Positions 1 to 11,100 of a stretch of DNA of 64,000 nt are shown here, one piece after another. The notes below the pieces were generated by a model. That model saw only the letters and a program-made list of their open reading frames with translations, did no database searches and had not been told where the DNA came from. Position 1 is the first letter of the stretch. Each line of letters starts with the position of its first letter. The stretch is from a virus: positions 32,001 through 96,000 of IMG/VR virus record IMGVR_UViG_3300032326_002451, one strand, 5' to 3'. Position numbers and translations under genes: made by a program.

Positions 1-225
1 AAACTTTTATTTAATAATCTTGATGTTGTCAAAGCTCTTCCAGGACCAGACCAGGACAATTTCTATGTTCTTTTAGATGACAATGTAAGCAGTGGAAACA
101 ATACAAGATTAAAATTAGTTGATATATCTGGAAATACAATATCATCATGGGGCGATAATTACGAAATTATTCACCCTAAAGGATTAAGATTATTGTCTAA
201 TAACGATATTTTGGTGTCTGAATAA
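1..225 (+). CDS. Partial CDS (C-terminus), NHL/beta-propeller-like virion protein
   Basis: Frame 1 is open from the window start to TAA at 223-225. It ends ...SSWGDNYEIIHPKGLRLLSNNDILVSE, resembling an NHL-type blade. Not in the ORF track. Confidence 0.55.
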   Translation, partial: KLLFNNLDVVKALPGPDQDNFYVLLDDNVSSGNNTRLKLVDISGNTISSWGDNYEIIHPKGLRLLSNNDILVSE

Positions 226-226
226 A

Positions 227-1150
227 ATGATAACACTCATAAATGAAAACAATAAAACTATACATGTAAACAAGACATTAGAAATAAGTTTTACATCTAA
301 AGATGTAACTTTTGATCAAACAAAAGTTACATTGGATAAAAACTTTGATATATCTTTAATTTCAGAAGACAATAATTTATTTCTTAATTTCGACAACACT
401 CAAAATATCAAAAATAGTTTTTCTATAAATTTCAATTATGATATTTTGGTTGAAATTAAATTCAATAGTGTTTTATTTGCGAAAGACGATTATAACTACT
501 ATCTTACATCAGATGATTGTTTGTTTGAAGTTGACAATGAGGGATTCATTAATGTAAGAATTAATGATAAAAGCAAATCTGTAAAGTTATCTTACTATAA
601 TCATCACAATAAGCAAAAGAATTTTCAATCTTTAGCATATGCCGCTAATGCTACTTATATAACCGAAAATGATTATGTTCCCGAGTTTTCCATATCAACT
701 TTTGATGATAGTAATTTTACTATATCAAGACCTATAAGACAAGGTGTGCCAATTATTTCCACAGTCCCATCTTTTATAGATGGAAATTCTTCAGCTTCAG
801 ATGTTTCTTTTTACAACACAGGTAAAGGCAACTACTTCAAAACTATATATTTTAGAATCATTTGCAACAAAATTATGGAAAGCATATCTCCTAATGATCT
901 TTCTGATATGCAACTTAAGATTTATATGCCAAATGGTTTAGATACAGTAAAAACTGCAATATATAATGACATGTTTTTGGTATCAAATGATTCAACGAAT
1001 AATTATTCTATTTATCGTTCAAGTTTCAATTTTTATATCCAAGGCAATTATGACGGAATAGATTATGTTGATGGGTATATGTATGCAGATGTACATGTCC
1101 CCTTAACTGTACAAACAATTATGCCTATAGAGATAGATTTCAGTCTGTGA
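227..1150 (+). CDS. Hypothetical protein (beta-rich, probable virion structural protein)
   Basis: 307-aa ORF in the structural gene run; no recognisable motif. Confidence 0.6.
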   Translation: MITLINENNKTIHVNKTLEISFTSKDVTFDQTKVTLDKNFDISLISEDNNLFLNFDNTQNIKNSFSINFNYDILVEIKFNSVLFAKDDYNYYLTSDDCLFEVDNEGFINVRINDKSKSVKLSYYNHHNKQKNFQSLAYAANATYITENDYVPEFSISTFDDSNFTISRPIRQGVPIISTVPSFIDGNSSASDVSFYNTGKGNYFKTIYFRIICNKIMESISPNDLSDMQLKIYMPNGLDTVKTAIYNDMFLVSNDSTNNYSIYRSSFNFYIQGNYDGIDYVDGYMYADVHVPLTVQTIMPIEIDFSL

Positions 1151-1151
1151 T

Positions 1152-1177
1152 AGGTTCTGAAACTGTCAAATTAGAAT
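1152..1177 (+). promoter_or_regulatory. Putative phage promoter AGG-N17-TAGAAT (sigma-H-like)
   Basis: AGG 1152-1154, 17-nt spacer, TAGAAT 1172-1177. The same spacing recurs at 7 other gene-upstream sites. Confidence 0.5.
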
Positions 1178-1212
1178 ATTAATAACAAATAAAACAAGCC
1201 TTGGTGGATCAT

Positions 1213-4200
1213 ATGGCCTTTGATGTCACAATAATTTTACCCAATAATCTAAGAAGTGGATATTTACAATCAGAATTTGTAGCCTCTGGTTTAGCATATA
1301 CCACTAACAAATTCTCATTTGATCCAACTCTTGATACTAACAAAAATCAAATTAGTCTTGGTTTTCAATTAAGAAATAAAACAACTCGTGATCTTTCTGA
1401 TTTAGCAAGAATCAAGACTTTATATTTATCCAACGACCCATATTTTGAACCTACATCCACAATAACCATAAGCAACTGGCCACCAAATCCTGAGTTATAT
1501 AATTCTTCATATAATTACATTTACGATATAAATGCAAATTATTTCTTTGACAACAGTTTGAGTCAAGGATCTTTTGGAGGTACAGAATCTGGAACTGGAT
1601 TATATAAGGTAAACAATTGGGCATTATCTGCTAATGGTGGACTTTCAAGAGTTTATTTGAAAGCAATCATTGAAGCTCCTAATGGGCAATTAGTTGAATA
1701 TCCAAATGGTTACGGTATATTTGATACAATTATATGGGAAGGCACTTTACCAACAAACCCTGATAAGCTTGAATATTCTTCTTTGAAATCTGGGTATACA
1801 GGTAAAAGTTCTATATTCAATTTTAAATCTTCCACATCAAAAGCTCAAACAAATGATGATGGTATAGGCGCATATCTATTTAGTTCATATGAAGTTACAA
1901 GCACAGGCAATACATATGATTTATATACTCATGTAGGAAATCAAGTTTACAGATCTTTGTGTCCGTCATCCAGTGTGGCTTCAACAACATCAAGTGCATA
2001 TAAATTCTTAACAACTGCTGGTGTAACAACATATAGTTCAACTTCTTACACTATTAACACAGGAACAGCTATTTCATCATTTGGACTGAACAGTGGACTA
2101 ATTTTATATAGCAACTCTAAGGTTGCAACTTCTTCACTAAAGCCTGATGTAATGATCCAGGGATATATGGATTACACTTCTGGAAGTATTTCTGATACAT
2201 CATATTCGTTTTTGAAAATGTATAAATTTCCAGAATATCAAGCTACTAATGATGAGTTAGTCATAAGAGTTGACATTCCTGAAAATGACAATCCTGTTTC
2301 ATATCTTTACAGAATTATAAATGGAACAGCTTCCACCAGTCAGCAAGTGACAACTCTTCCAAATAGCCTATTGCCATTATTAAAGGATGGCGGTTTGTAC
2401 GAGATGTATTACTCACAACTCGATAGTACTTACGGATATGTCGAAGGATACTTTACACCCACAACTGACCAAGGACAAGATTCAAGAAAAAGCTATTTAT
2501 TGGCAAATTCATTAATTACGAGTTTTGGCACAACCAGTTTAGGTGCTGCTATTGGATACCAAAAATCATCAGATATTCCAAGTGAAGGTTCTGTTTCCTT
2601 TGGAGAACTTTGCATAGCTCAAGGAAAAAATATTCTTTCAGCTGATATTGGCGATTGTTTAAATGATAATCTTACAAGTTCAAACCCTCCAGTTGTGACA
2701 ATAACATCAGATTGGGTTGGTTCAGAAAATGTTGATTATATATTTCTAAATGATTTGAATCCAATCTTGACATTGAATTATTCTGCAAATGCTTCATATG
2801 TAGAAATACAAAAAATAGATGCTAATAATGAAACTTTAAATATTAATATTTCTGAAGTACAACTATACAAACCATCTATGTCTACGAGATGTTCTTTGGA
2901 AGTAAAAGTAAGACATAAAACAGATGATTTTTATATAGCGTTGAGTCAAAAATCATCATATAGGCCTCACACAGAAAATAATATACAGGTCGAGTGGGAT
3001 GCACCCATGGGCTCAAGATGCTTAGATACTTATGTATATTCTGAAAATCCTGTAAATGCTCCAACAATATCTGTAGTATTTAGTAAAGTAAAAAATCAAA
3101 TAATGATTATTCAAAGAAATGAAGATAATACCATTTCTAAAACATTATTGAAAACTTACAAGCCAAGTGCATCTTTTGATAGATATTTAATTGAAATTAC
3201 GGATAAGGTTCCAAATTATTTAGAGGGCAAATCAGCAGATAGCACTTGGATTTTTGTAAAAACTATAACAGGTTCAAATCTTGATGTGTTAGGATATGCA
3301 AGACTCAATAACAAAATGCCAAGTTCAACATCTGGATTAGGCTATTATGCTTCTTGTGGTTTTGTGAATTCAACATATGATGATTCAAGTAGCACCAATT
3401 ACAATAGAATCTATGAAATGATTTTTAGAGGCATGCCAAGTTTCAATACCCTTGAAACTGAAAATTATGCATCAATAAGAACAGTATCATTAGCTCCTGA
3501 AGCTTTGTCAAATAATAAATTTTATCTTGGACAAAAATTATTATCCGGTCTTACTGATTTTCAAAACTTTGGATATACAAATCCTGAATCCAGCGCTATA
3601 GGAGTTACTGTTTCAGTAGCTTCAAATGGTACAAATGTAAATACTGCAACTATAGCTTCAGCAACAATAGATGGAATCTCATTAGCTTCTCTACCTTTGA
3701 ATTCATATGTATTATTGAAGGACCAAACAACCTTAAACCAAAATGGTTTATATTTAAAAAGCGGAACTTCAACATATACTTTAGACACTTCAAACTATAA
3801 TATTCCTTATAACATTACAGAGGGAGACGTTAATGGAGGAGCAACATTCTATAAAGTTAAAACTCAAAAAGACAATGAAGTTGCTGATTTATTTTTATCT
3901 ACAAGTTATTTTGCACCAATCACAATAGGTGAAATATCATCGTTTGTTTCAACTCTCAGAGCACAATTATTTGAGTTCAAGTTGAATTTCACGAACTATG
4001 AAGTGCCTGTAGACCTTACAAAAATTAAGACAAGATTTTATAGCGACTCAAGCGATTCACCAGATTTTGATAATCCATTGACAGATTGGTTGACTATTTC
4101 TACAACACCTTTGATTGATACTTATACTATTGCCCCTCAGCACAATTTAGTTCAAGTTATTATGTCAGATTCAGCCAGTTTAGCTCCTGAAGTTTCAGCT

Positions 4201-5184
4201 TTAGATAAAATATGGGTTCAAATTGTACTTCCATTCAATACATCTTTAGCCACTGCATTTGGTCCGTCTACCACTGCAAGTTATGTCACTAAGGGGAAAT
4301 TTACCTATTATAAATTAGCTAATAATTTGTGGCATAAGTTGTTTGCAAGATATAAGTCAAAAGCTTTCAATTCAACACACAAAAATATTCAACATGCAAG
4401 ATTAAGAGCAAAGTCTCACGCACAATTAGAATCAAATGGGACTAATATTACAGGACCAGCAATCATAGACATTAATGGCCCTCAATATAATGGTGGAGTT
4501 CCTAAAGTAGACAACCTTACAAATGATAACTTGAGATCTATTGAACTTTCAATTTTAGCTGAAGATGATGAATCTGGTATTTTAGCTTTTAGAGTTGGAA
4601 GATATATTGATAATTTCAGAACTCAATACACTCCCTGGATGTCTTGGAATCAATTTACAGTAGAAAATGGTGGAAAATATTTTATTTATTTGTATGGAAA
4701 TCTAAATTACTACACTTCTGGAATTGCAAATACTGGTTTTGATTATCAGAATATGGGATTTTCAGGTCCAAGAAAAATTTGGATTCAAATGATGGACTAT
4801 TCTGGAAATGTTAGCCAGTCCTATCCAATAACTTTCGTGGCACAATCTTGGGCTTTAGTTGATACCAATCCTCCAATTGGAAGTGCTTCTTTCTACAGTC
4901 CAAAAACTTATTCAAATGTTGAAGTAACTAACTTGATATCTTCTGTTGTAAAGCTTGAATCTAATGACACTGTATCTGGAGTTAAGGATTTCAAGATGAG
5001 AAGAATTTATGATTCAGGCGCAGATAATTGGAGTGAATGGCAATATTACAGCCCTTCCACAAACATTAACTTCGGGAATGAAAAAGATGGAGTTAAAAAA
5101 GTTGAATTTGTATTCAGAGACTTTGGCAATAATGCAATGCAACCTGACATTATTTGGGAAAAAGTAAAGAGGCCAAGCAAATAA
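1213..5184 (+). CDS. Large virion structural/tail-associated protein with C-terminal Ig-like repeats
   Basis: ATG at 1213 preferred to TTG at 1201. One 'TIDG..L...VLLKDQT...QNGLY' fibre module. C-terminal D-x-x-P-P...DxxSG...WxxW...G.K.V...RD.GN Ig-like repeats. Confidence 0.7.
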   Translation: MAFDVTIILPNNLRSGYLQSEFVASGLAYTTNKFSFDPTLDTNKNQISLGFQLRNKTTRDLSDLARIKTLYLSNDPYFEPTSTITISNWPPNPELYNSSYNYIYDINANYFFDNSLSQGSFGGTESGTGLYKVNNWALSANGGLSRVYLKAIIEAPNGQLVEYPNGYGIFDTIIWEGTLPTNPDKLEYSSLKSGYTGKSSIFNFKSSTSKAQTNDDGIGAYLFSSYEVTSTGNTYDLYTHVGNQVYRSLCPSSSVASTTSSAYKFLTTAGVTTYSSTSYTINTGTAISSFGLNSGLILYSNSKVATSSLKPDVMIQGYMDYTSGSISDTSYSFLKMYKFPEYQATNDELVIRVDIPENDNPVSYLYRIINGTASTSQQVTTLPNSLLPLLKDGGLYEMYYSQLDSTYGYVEGYFTPTTDQGQDSRKSYLLANSLITSFGTTSLGAAIGYQKSSDIPSEGSVSFGELCIAQGKNILSADIGDCLNDNLTSSNPPVVTITSDWVGSENVDYIFLNDLNPILTLNYSANASYVEIQKIDANNETLNINISEVQLYKPSMSTRCSLEVKVRHKTDDFYIALSQKSSYRPHTENNIQVEWDAPMGSRCLDTYVYSENPVNAPTISVVFSKVKNQIMIIQRNEDNTISKTLLKTYKPSASFDRYLIEITDKVPNYLEGKSADSTWIFVKTITGSNLDVLGYARLNNKMPSSTSGLGYYASCGFVNSTYDDSSSTNYNRIYEMIFRGMPSFNTLETENYASIRTVSLAPEALSNNKFYLGQKLLSGLTDFQNFGYTNPESSAIGVTVSVASNGTNVNTATIASATIDGISLASLPLNSYVLLKDQTTLNQNGLYLKSGTSTYTLDTSNYNIPYNITEGDVNGGATFYKVKTQKDNEVADLFLSTSYFAPITIGEISSFVSTLRAQLFEFKLNFTNYEVPVDLTKIKTRFYSDSSDSPDFDNPLTDWLTISTTPLIDTYTIAPQHNLVQVIMSDSASLAPEVSALDKIWVQIVLPFNTSLATAFGPSTTASYVTKGKFTYYKLANNLWHKLFARYKSKAFNSTHKNIQHARLRAKSHAQLESNGTNITGPAIIDINGPQYNGGVPKVDNLTNDNLRSIELSILAEDDESGILAFRVGRYIDNFRTQYTPWMSWNQFTVENGGKYFIYLYGNLNYYTSGIANTGFDYQNMGFSGPRKIWIQMMDYSGNVSQSYPITFVAQSWALVDTNPPIGSASFYSPKTYSNVEVTNLISSVVKLESNDTVSGVKDFKMRRIYDSGADNWSEWQYYSPSTNINFGNEKDGVKKVEFVFRDFGNNAMQPDIIWEKVKRPSK

Positions 5185-8162
5185 TGAGTAAAACATTATA
5201 TACTGCCATGACTACTTGGCAAGGACCATATGACACAGAAGATGTAGTTTATTTAGCTGGTATCACTCAAAAGATATACAAAAATCTGAAGCTCGTTAAT
5301 AGTTTTGATCCTGATTACCCAGAAAATACAGCTTTCAAGTTAGTTGGCACAAGTTCAAGTGATTTTGATAGGATATATGAACCATTATCTTCTGATAACC
5401 TTGTATTGACGAATATTGATACATCAGTTGCATATGGTATTGATGATGATAAAAATTTACTTATCTTTCCAGAATCATATCCTTTATCTGAAGCTGAAGC
5501 ATCAATAGTTACAGTCAAATTAATTAATAATTATGCTTCAATTTACAAAGCTAATCTTGTAAGTTTTGAATATGCAATAGATTTCTCTCACCTAAAAGAA
5601 AAAGCAATTACTTGTATGCTGTCTACAAATAATGGAATTTTCTTAGGCGGTGTATCAGGAAATATTTGGTTTTATGATGGAAACGTGATTTCTGGTCCTG
5701 TATTTTCATTATATGATGGGCAAAATTTACCAGTTACATCTTTACTTAGACATAGGTTTGCATTCGAAACAGAAGATTATATTTATGCTGGAGCAGATAA
5801 AAAACCAAGACTTTATAGGTCAAAAATTTCTACAGCAGCTCAAGGTCAAGATTGGGAAGAAGTGTATGGCGCTGGAGAACTTGCAGCAAGTTCAGGTGGA
5901 GTACTAAGTCTTTTATCTGCTTTTGATAAAATTTTCATGGGTTGTAGAAATAATATAATATTAAAATATTCAAGATCAAATTCTATAACTTTAGGACAGC
6001 CAACAGATTTCATTACTGAGGCAGTTGTAGAAATCAATAACCCAGTAGAAACTTTAGAAAAAACAACTTTAGTTTCAAATAATATAACAGACTTTGAAGC
6101 ATCTGTATTTGACATAAAGACTTTAGAAATAGGTAGAAATCAAATATTTGCTGGACTGTCTAACAAACCTGAAATTTGGGCTTACTCTGAAGCAATAATG
6201 AGTAATCCTTCATCTTATGAAGCTTGGGCTAATACATTATTTGATGAAGTATTTAGGAATGACCCAGCTCCAGCTCAATATTATTCTTATAATGGAAATA
6301 CATTATCAAGAAATGACAGCAATTTAGCCATAGCTCATTATATTAATGATGCAAGTGAAAACCATTATCAAACAGCTCTTGTAATAAAGGGTAACACAAC
6401 AAGTTCAACAGGATCATCTGTTTTAGGACAAAGATTTTTTGAGTGGTCTGAAGGTTCAGATTGGGAACAGTCTTTAGGAACAAACTTACCTGATCAAGAT
6501 TTTATAAATGTGCAATGTGCTTCAGTTGCAGAGATCACTTCTCTTACTGATGTTACATCTATTGATGGATATACTTTGCAGCAATTTGATACAGTTCTTT
6601 TGAAAGATCAACCAAGTAGTTCATCTATTAAGAATGGAGTTTATATATTTGATAATGGAACTTTATCTTTGTCGAATAACTTCATTATTTTAAATTCTTC
6701 CTCTTTATTGGGTTTTTACATTCAACATGGGTATGTCAATGCTACAAATAGATTTTTATTGACAGTAGCCAGTTTTGACAGTCAAGAATTCGCAATTTAT
6801 AAACCAAAATATACAATTGAATTTGAAACTAAAAATTTAGCATACAGTAGAGCTATTTCCTGTAATCCTTTAGAAGGATGTAGATATCTCAACAATTTAT
6901 ATAATAATGACGAGACTGTTGGAACATCTACAACTTATGTTGGATATCAAGGTTTAGATGTATCTGATCTTTATGGATCATTTAAGTTAGAAGTCAATCA
7001 CGAAAATATAAAACTTACAAGCGGAAACAATATTGTCGAAAAATCCTTGATATCTTCAGGTATTTACAAAAACTGGATTTTCAGCAATGCAACTGGTGCC
7101 ACTACGAATGGTTGGACAGCTGGAGATTTCATTACAAGTATTGGTGCTACTACAGAAGCAACAACTGACTATTTAGGCAACTCCTATGATAAATATATTC
7201 TTAGCATTGATCCTGCAAGATCTGGTGATCCTTCAATAACAATATCAGACTTAAATTTAGATGTAAACCCAGAAGCTGTAGTCAATATTCGAATGAGAAT
7301 TACTCCATATAGCTCTTATGGACTCAAAGATGCCAAGATCAACTTATATTGGTCAAGTCAAGGAGCAGATTATACTAATTATTCTTCAGTCAATTTGAGA
7401 TCCGAAGATGATTTTATAGACTATATAATTAGACCTGTTTGGAAAAATAAAATATCTAATATGAAATTAAAGTTTGAAAATTTACCTGAACTTTCTAAAA
7501 GACCACTTTTGATTGATATAGATTATATTAAAATTATAGACGAACTTCAAACATTTGATGTAAACAATGAGTTTTCTACAATAAGAGTAGCTGTAGAAGG
7601 CAAAGATGTCAAAGTATGGTTAGGAAAGCAATTTTACCCATATATCTATCAAAAGAATTTTATATCAGTTGACAATTACAATGAAAAATATATAAACCCT
7701 GATAAAGTTTCAAATGATTATGACAAGCCTTATATAAGAATTGGCAAAGTTTCTACTTCTAATGAAAATTCTCTATTTGCTTTCAGTAGATTATCATATA
7801 TTGTTGGCGAAACCTATGAACCATTGACAGTCAAAGTTTTTGATTTTCACCATCAGCAACAGCTTCAAGATTCTGGAGGTGTTAGGATGTTTACTTATCA
7901 TGATGGAACAATATATAGTATAACCGATGGATTTAATTCTAATAAAGTAAATGAAAATCCAGATGATAGGCAGTGTAATCTTTTTAAGTATGACTCAACT
8001 CATCAAACTTGGTTAAAAGAGGATTTGACTTTCGAAAGGAAGCAAATTTTTAATACTGACGGAACATACAATCTTTACGGCATAGTAAGACCTTTATCAA
8101 CTATAAGCTACAAAGGTGTCTTGTATCTTAGTGGTCAGTATGGAAATATTAAAGTGACATAA
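5184..8162 (+). CDS. Large virion protein, beta-propeller plus fibre module
   Basis: TAATG overlap with the upstream stop suggests a start at 5184 (MSKTLY). Propeller-like blades (IFLGG..GNIWFYDG, IYAGA, IFAGL) and one 'SIDG.TL...VLLKDQ...KNGVY' module. Confidence 0.7.
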   Translation: MSKTLYTAMTTWQGPYDTEDVVYLAGITQKIYKNLKLVNSFDPDYPENTAFKLVGTSSSDFDRIYEPLSSDNLVLTNIDTSVAYGIDDDKNLLIFPESYPLSEAEASIVTVKLINNYASIYKANLVSFEYAIDFSHLKEKAITCMLSTNNGIFLGGVSGNIWFYDGNVISGPVFSLYDGQNLPVTSLLRHRFAFETEDYIYAGADKKPRLYRSKISTAAQGQDWEEVYGAGELAASSGGVLSLLSAFDKIFMGCRNNIILKYSRSNSITLGQPTDFITEAVVEINNPVETLEKTTLVSNNITDFEASVFDIKTLEIGRNQIFAGLSNKPEIWAYSEAIMSNPSSYEAWANTLFDEVFRNDPAPAQYYSYNGNTLSRNDSNLAIAHYINDASENHYQTALVIKGNTTSSTGSSVLGQRFFEWSEGSDWEQSLGTNLPDQDFINVQCASVAEITSLTDVTSIDGYTLQQFDTVLLKDQPSSSSIKNGVYIFDNGTLSLSNNFIILNSSSLLGFYIQHGYVNATNRFLLTVASFDSQEFAIYKPKYTIEFETKNLAYSRAISCNPLEGCRYLNNLYNNDETVGTSTTYVGYQGLDVSDLYGSFKLEVNHENIKLTSGNNIVEKSLISSGIYKNWIFSNATGATTNGWTAGDFITSIGATTEATTDYLGNSYDKYILSIDPARSGDPSITISDLNLDVNPEAVVNIRMRITPYSSYGLKDAKINLYWSSQGADYTNYSSVNLRSEDDFIDYIIRPVWKNKISNMKLKFENLPELSKRPLLIDIDYIKIIDELQTFDVNNEFSTIRVAVEGKDVKVWLGKQFYPYIYQKNFISVDNYNEKYINPDKVSNDYDKPYIRIGKVSTSNENSLFAFSRLSYIVGETYEPLTVKVFDFHHQQQLQDSGGVRMFTYHDGTIYSITDGFNSNKVNENPDDRQCNLFKYDSTHQTWLKEDLTFERKQIFNTDGTYNLYGIVRPLSTISYKGVLYLSGQYGNIKVT

Positions 8163-8163
8163 A

Positions 8164-11100
8164 ATGCCAAGAAAAAAGAAAAACTCAGAAGATCAAAATA
8201 ATTTTGTTGCATACTCAGGTGCTGCTCCAACGCCAGTAGAATTAGGACAGACTAACGAATCTTACACGTCTGCAGACGGAACAAAAGTTTATCTTCAATT
8301 TATTGATGTTGATAGTAATGGATTATACCCTTCAAGTGGCATTCAACTTAGATTTAGTGTTACAAAAGTAGTAGGAGGAACTGCAACTACAGTCACTCCA
8401 GTTTCAACATTTATTGACAGTGCTTTACCTAAAACACTTCAGTTAACCTTAAATTCATCCGATAGAGTTATTGATGGATTATATAATGCAGCAGGTATAG
8501 TAACATCTTATCAATCTGTTTTTGTATCTTACAATACATCAACTGCTGGCGGTTTCGGAACCATTCCATTACTTTCAGACAATGACACTGTTAAAACCAG
8601 TGTTCAGGCTTTTGCTGGTTTAGCGATCAGTAACAGAACAAGTGAAGCTAATGGTCCCCAAATTTTATATGCATTTTCATCTACAGATGGAACTTCTATC
8701 AATGCAGTATTCAGAGAAGCTACACCACCATTACTGCCAACAACAGGTATTGCTGGGTTTGCTGTCACTCAAGGCACAACTCCAATATCTATTTCAAATG
8801 CATATGTTTTAAATCCATCATCAGCTACTGGTGGAACTACAGTTGTCATAGAATTATCAAGCCCTTTGTCTATTGCCACAGGCTCAAATGATGTAAAACT
8901 TTCGTATATTTGGCCATCTTTATATTCAACAAGACTAAGGGATTCATCAGCTTTAGGAAATACTGCAGTAGCTTTTTCAGGTTTAGCAGTAACTAATCTA
9001 ACATCAGAAACCACTGCTCCACGGGTTGTGGATGCATATACAAGTAACACTGGCGTAAGACTAATATATGTAAAAATGTCTGAGCCTACTCTGCCAGGAG
9101 ACTCAGGCACTGGTTTTTCTGTCGCAATTGGTAGTTCTTCTTTCCCAGCTACAATTATTTTAGCAGATAATTCAACTTACGCTGGCCAAGGTGTTACTGA
9201 ATATGTAATGACAATATCTCATGTCTTTAATGATGTTGATTTATTGGAGCTTGATTATAATAAGTTCTCGAATGATTTTATCACTGACCAATCTGCAAAC
9301 TTAAATCCACTTTTATCGTTTTCAAATAAATTCAGAATTAGAAATCTTTATTCTAATTATAATCCTTTAGCACCTGAAGTCGTAGATGTTTTCAATGCTG
9401 GCGAGTCATATGTAGATGTCAATGGTTTAGATATTTATTTAACTTTTGACATAAACAAATACTACAAAACTTATCCTGATGATGGTATAGAAGGTTTGCA
9501 GGTCTTTGTCGATGGTCAGTTGACTCCAATTAAAAGTGCAATTTCGTTAGATAGAACATTCTTTCCACACGTAAAATTAACACTTTATAATAGGATATAT
9601 TCAGGAAGCGAAGTCAAAGTAGGTTTCATTCAAGGCAATCTGAGAGATAGCAATTTAGTTATCTTTGGCAATTTTGAACCAGATACAATTGTAAATAATG
9701 CTGCAATAGATCCAGTAGATTTTTTTGATGTTCTAACTTGGTATGACAATTCAAATAACAGCATTTCATATGATTTTGAAATAGATGATAATACATCTGA
9801 ATTATTCAGGAAATCAAAAATTCACACTAACACGTCAGTTGTTTTAGATACAACAGCTCCTCAAGGTGTATTGATTTTGAATAGAGCTGAAGGGGATGTG
9901 TCCAGCGGAATTAAAATACATAAATTTGAAGCTTATGGTACTGAAGAAATAGAATATAGTTCTTCGTCAACTGATGTAGATATTCGTAATGATGCAGTAG
10001 CTTGGTCAATTAATAGTACAATAAATAAATCTATCAACAAAATTACAATTAAACTTAAGCTTGATTTTTCAATTACAAACACACTTGATTTTGTGAGAAT
10101 AAGTTTACATTCTAATGATACTGAAAGTAATGTTCCTGGAGATTTATTATCAACTTTAGGTAAAATCAGTTTTGGAAGTTTATCTACTTCTTACCAAGAA
10201 TTTGAAATAAGTTTTGACAAGTTTGATATTACAGCTAATACTTTGTATTGGATACAAGTTGCATGTGACAATATTATTGATGCAACTGTGAACACTGTTA
10301 GTATATTCATACCAAAACATACTTCAGTAGGCAAATTTTTAGCTAACACCTCTGGAGACACATCAACAGGTTGGTTATCAACTAAAGATACTTCAGTATA
10401 TTACAAATTATCTTCTGCTGATGATAATGACTTAGAACTTGTTTCTCAAGATTATGTTTTAGATATTTTTGAAAAACCTATTCGTCAAGCAAATTATTTT
10501 ACTGAATCTTCATTAAGAAACTTTGAATTGATAGGAGACTCTCAGTCTAACTTCTTACAAAAAAGATTGAGTAAAATTCAAATTGATGGCACTATGGTAT
10601 ATCCATATGTTTCAAAAATAATATTAGGAGCTACATCTACTAAACCAAAAAATTATATTTTAGAAGTAAGATCAACACCAGAAACTATTTGGACAAAAGT
10701 TTTTGATACAATTGTTGACGAATCAACTCTTGATAATTTAGTCTACACATTTGATACACCTGTTCAAATATCAGACATCAGAATAGTATACAAAGGTGAT
10801 TATTTCACTATTGATTCAGTAGCTACATTAACTTTAGCTGCAAGTGATAATTTTAGTGATGTAGTTTCTGCTCAAATTTCTCACTTTTCAGATTTCAGAG
10901 ATGCTAAAGATTTCAGTTTGGCTGGTTCTAATGGATATTTTGATTTCTCAGAAGGCAGTACTACATTTCTTAATTATGCTTACACGAATAATGCAGAAGT
11001 TTTCAAGGCTACAACAGGTTCAGCTGATTCTGAAATTTTGACAGCAATCAGTCATAGTGGAAAAATAATTCTTGGAGCGAACAATACAGCTTTCACTTTT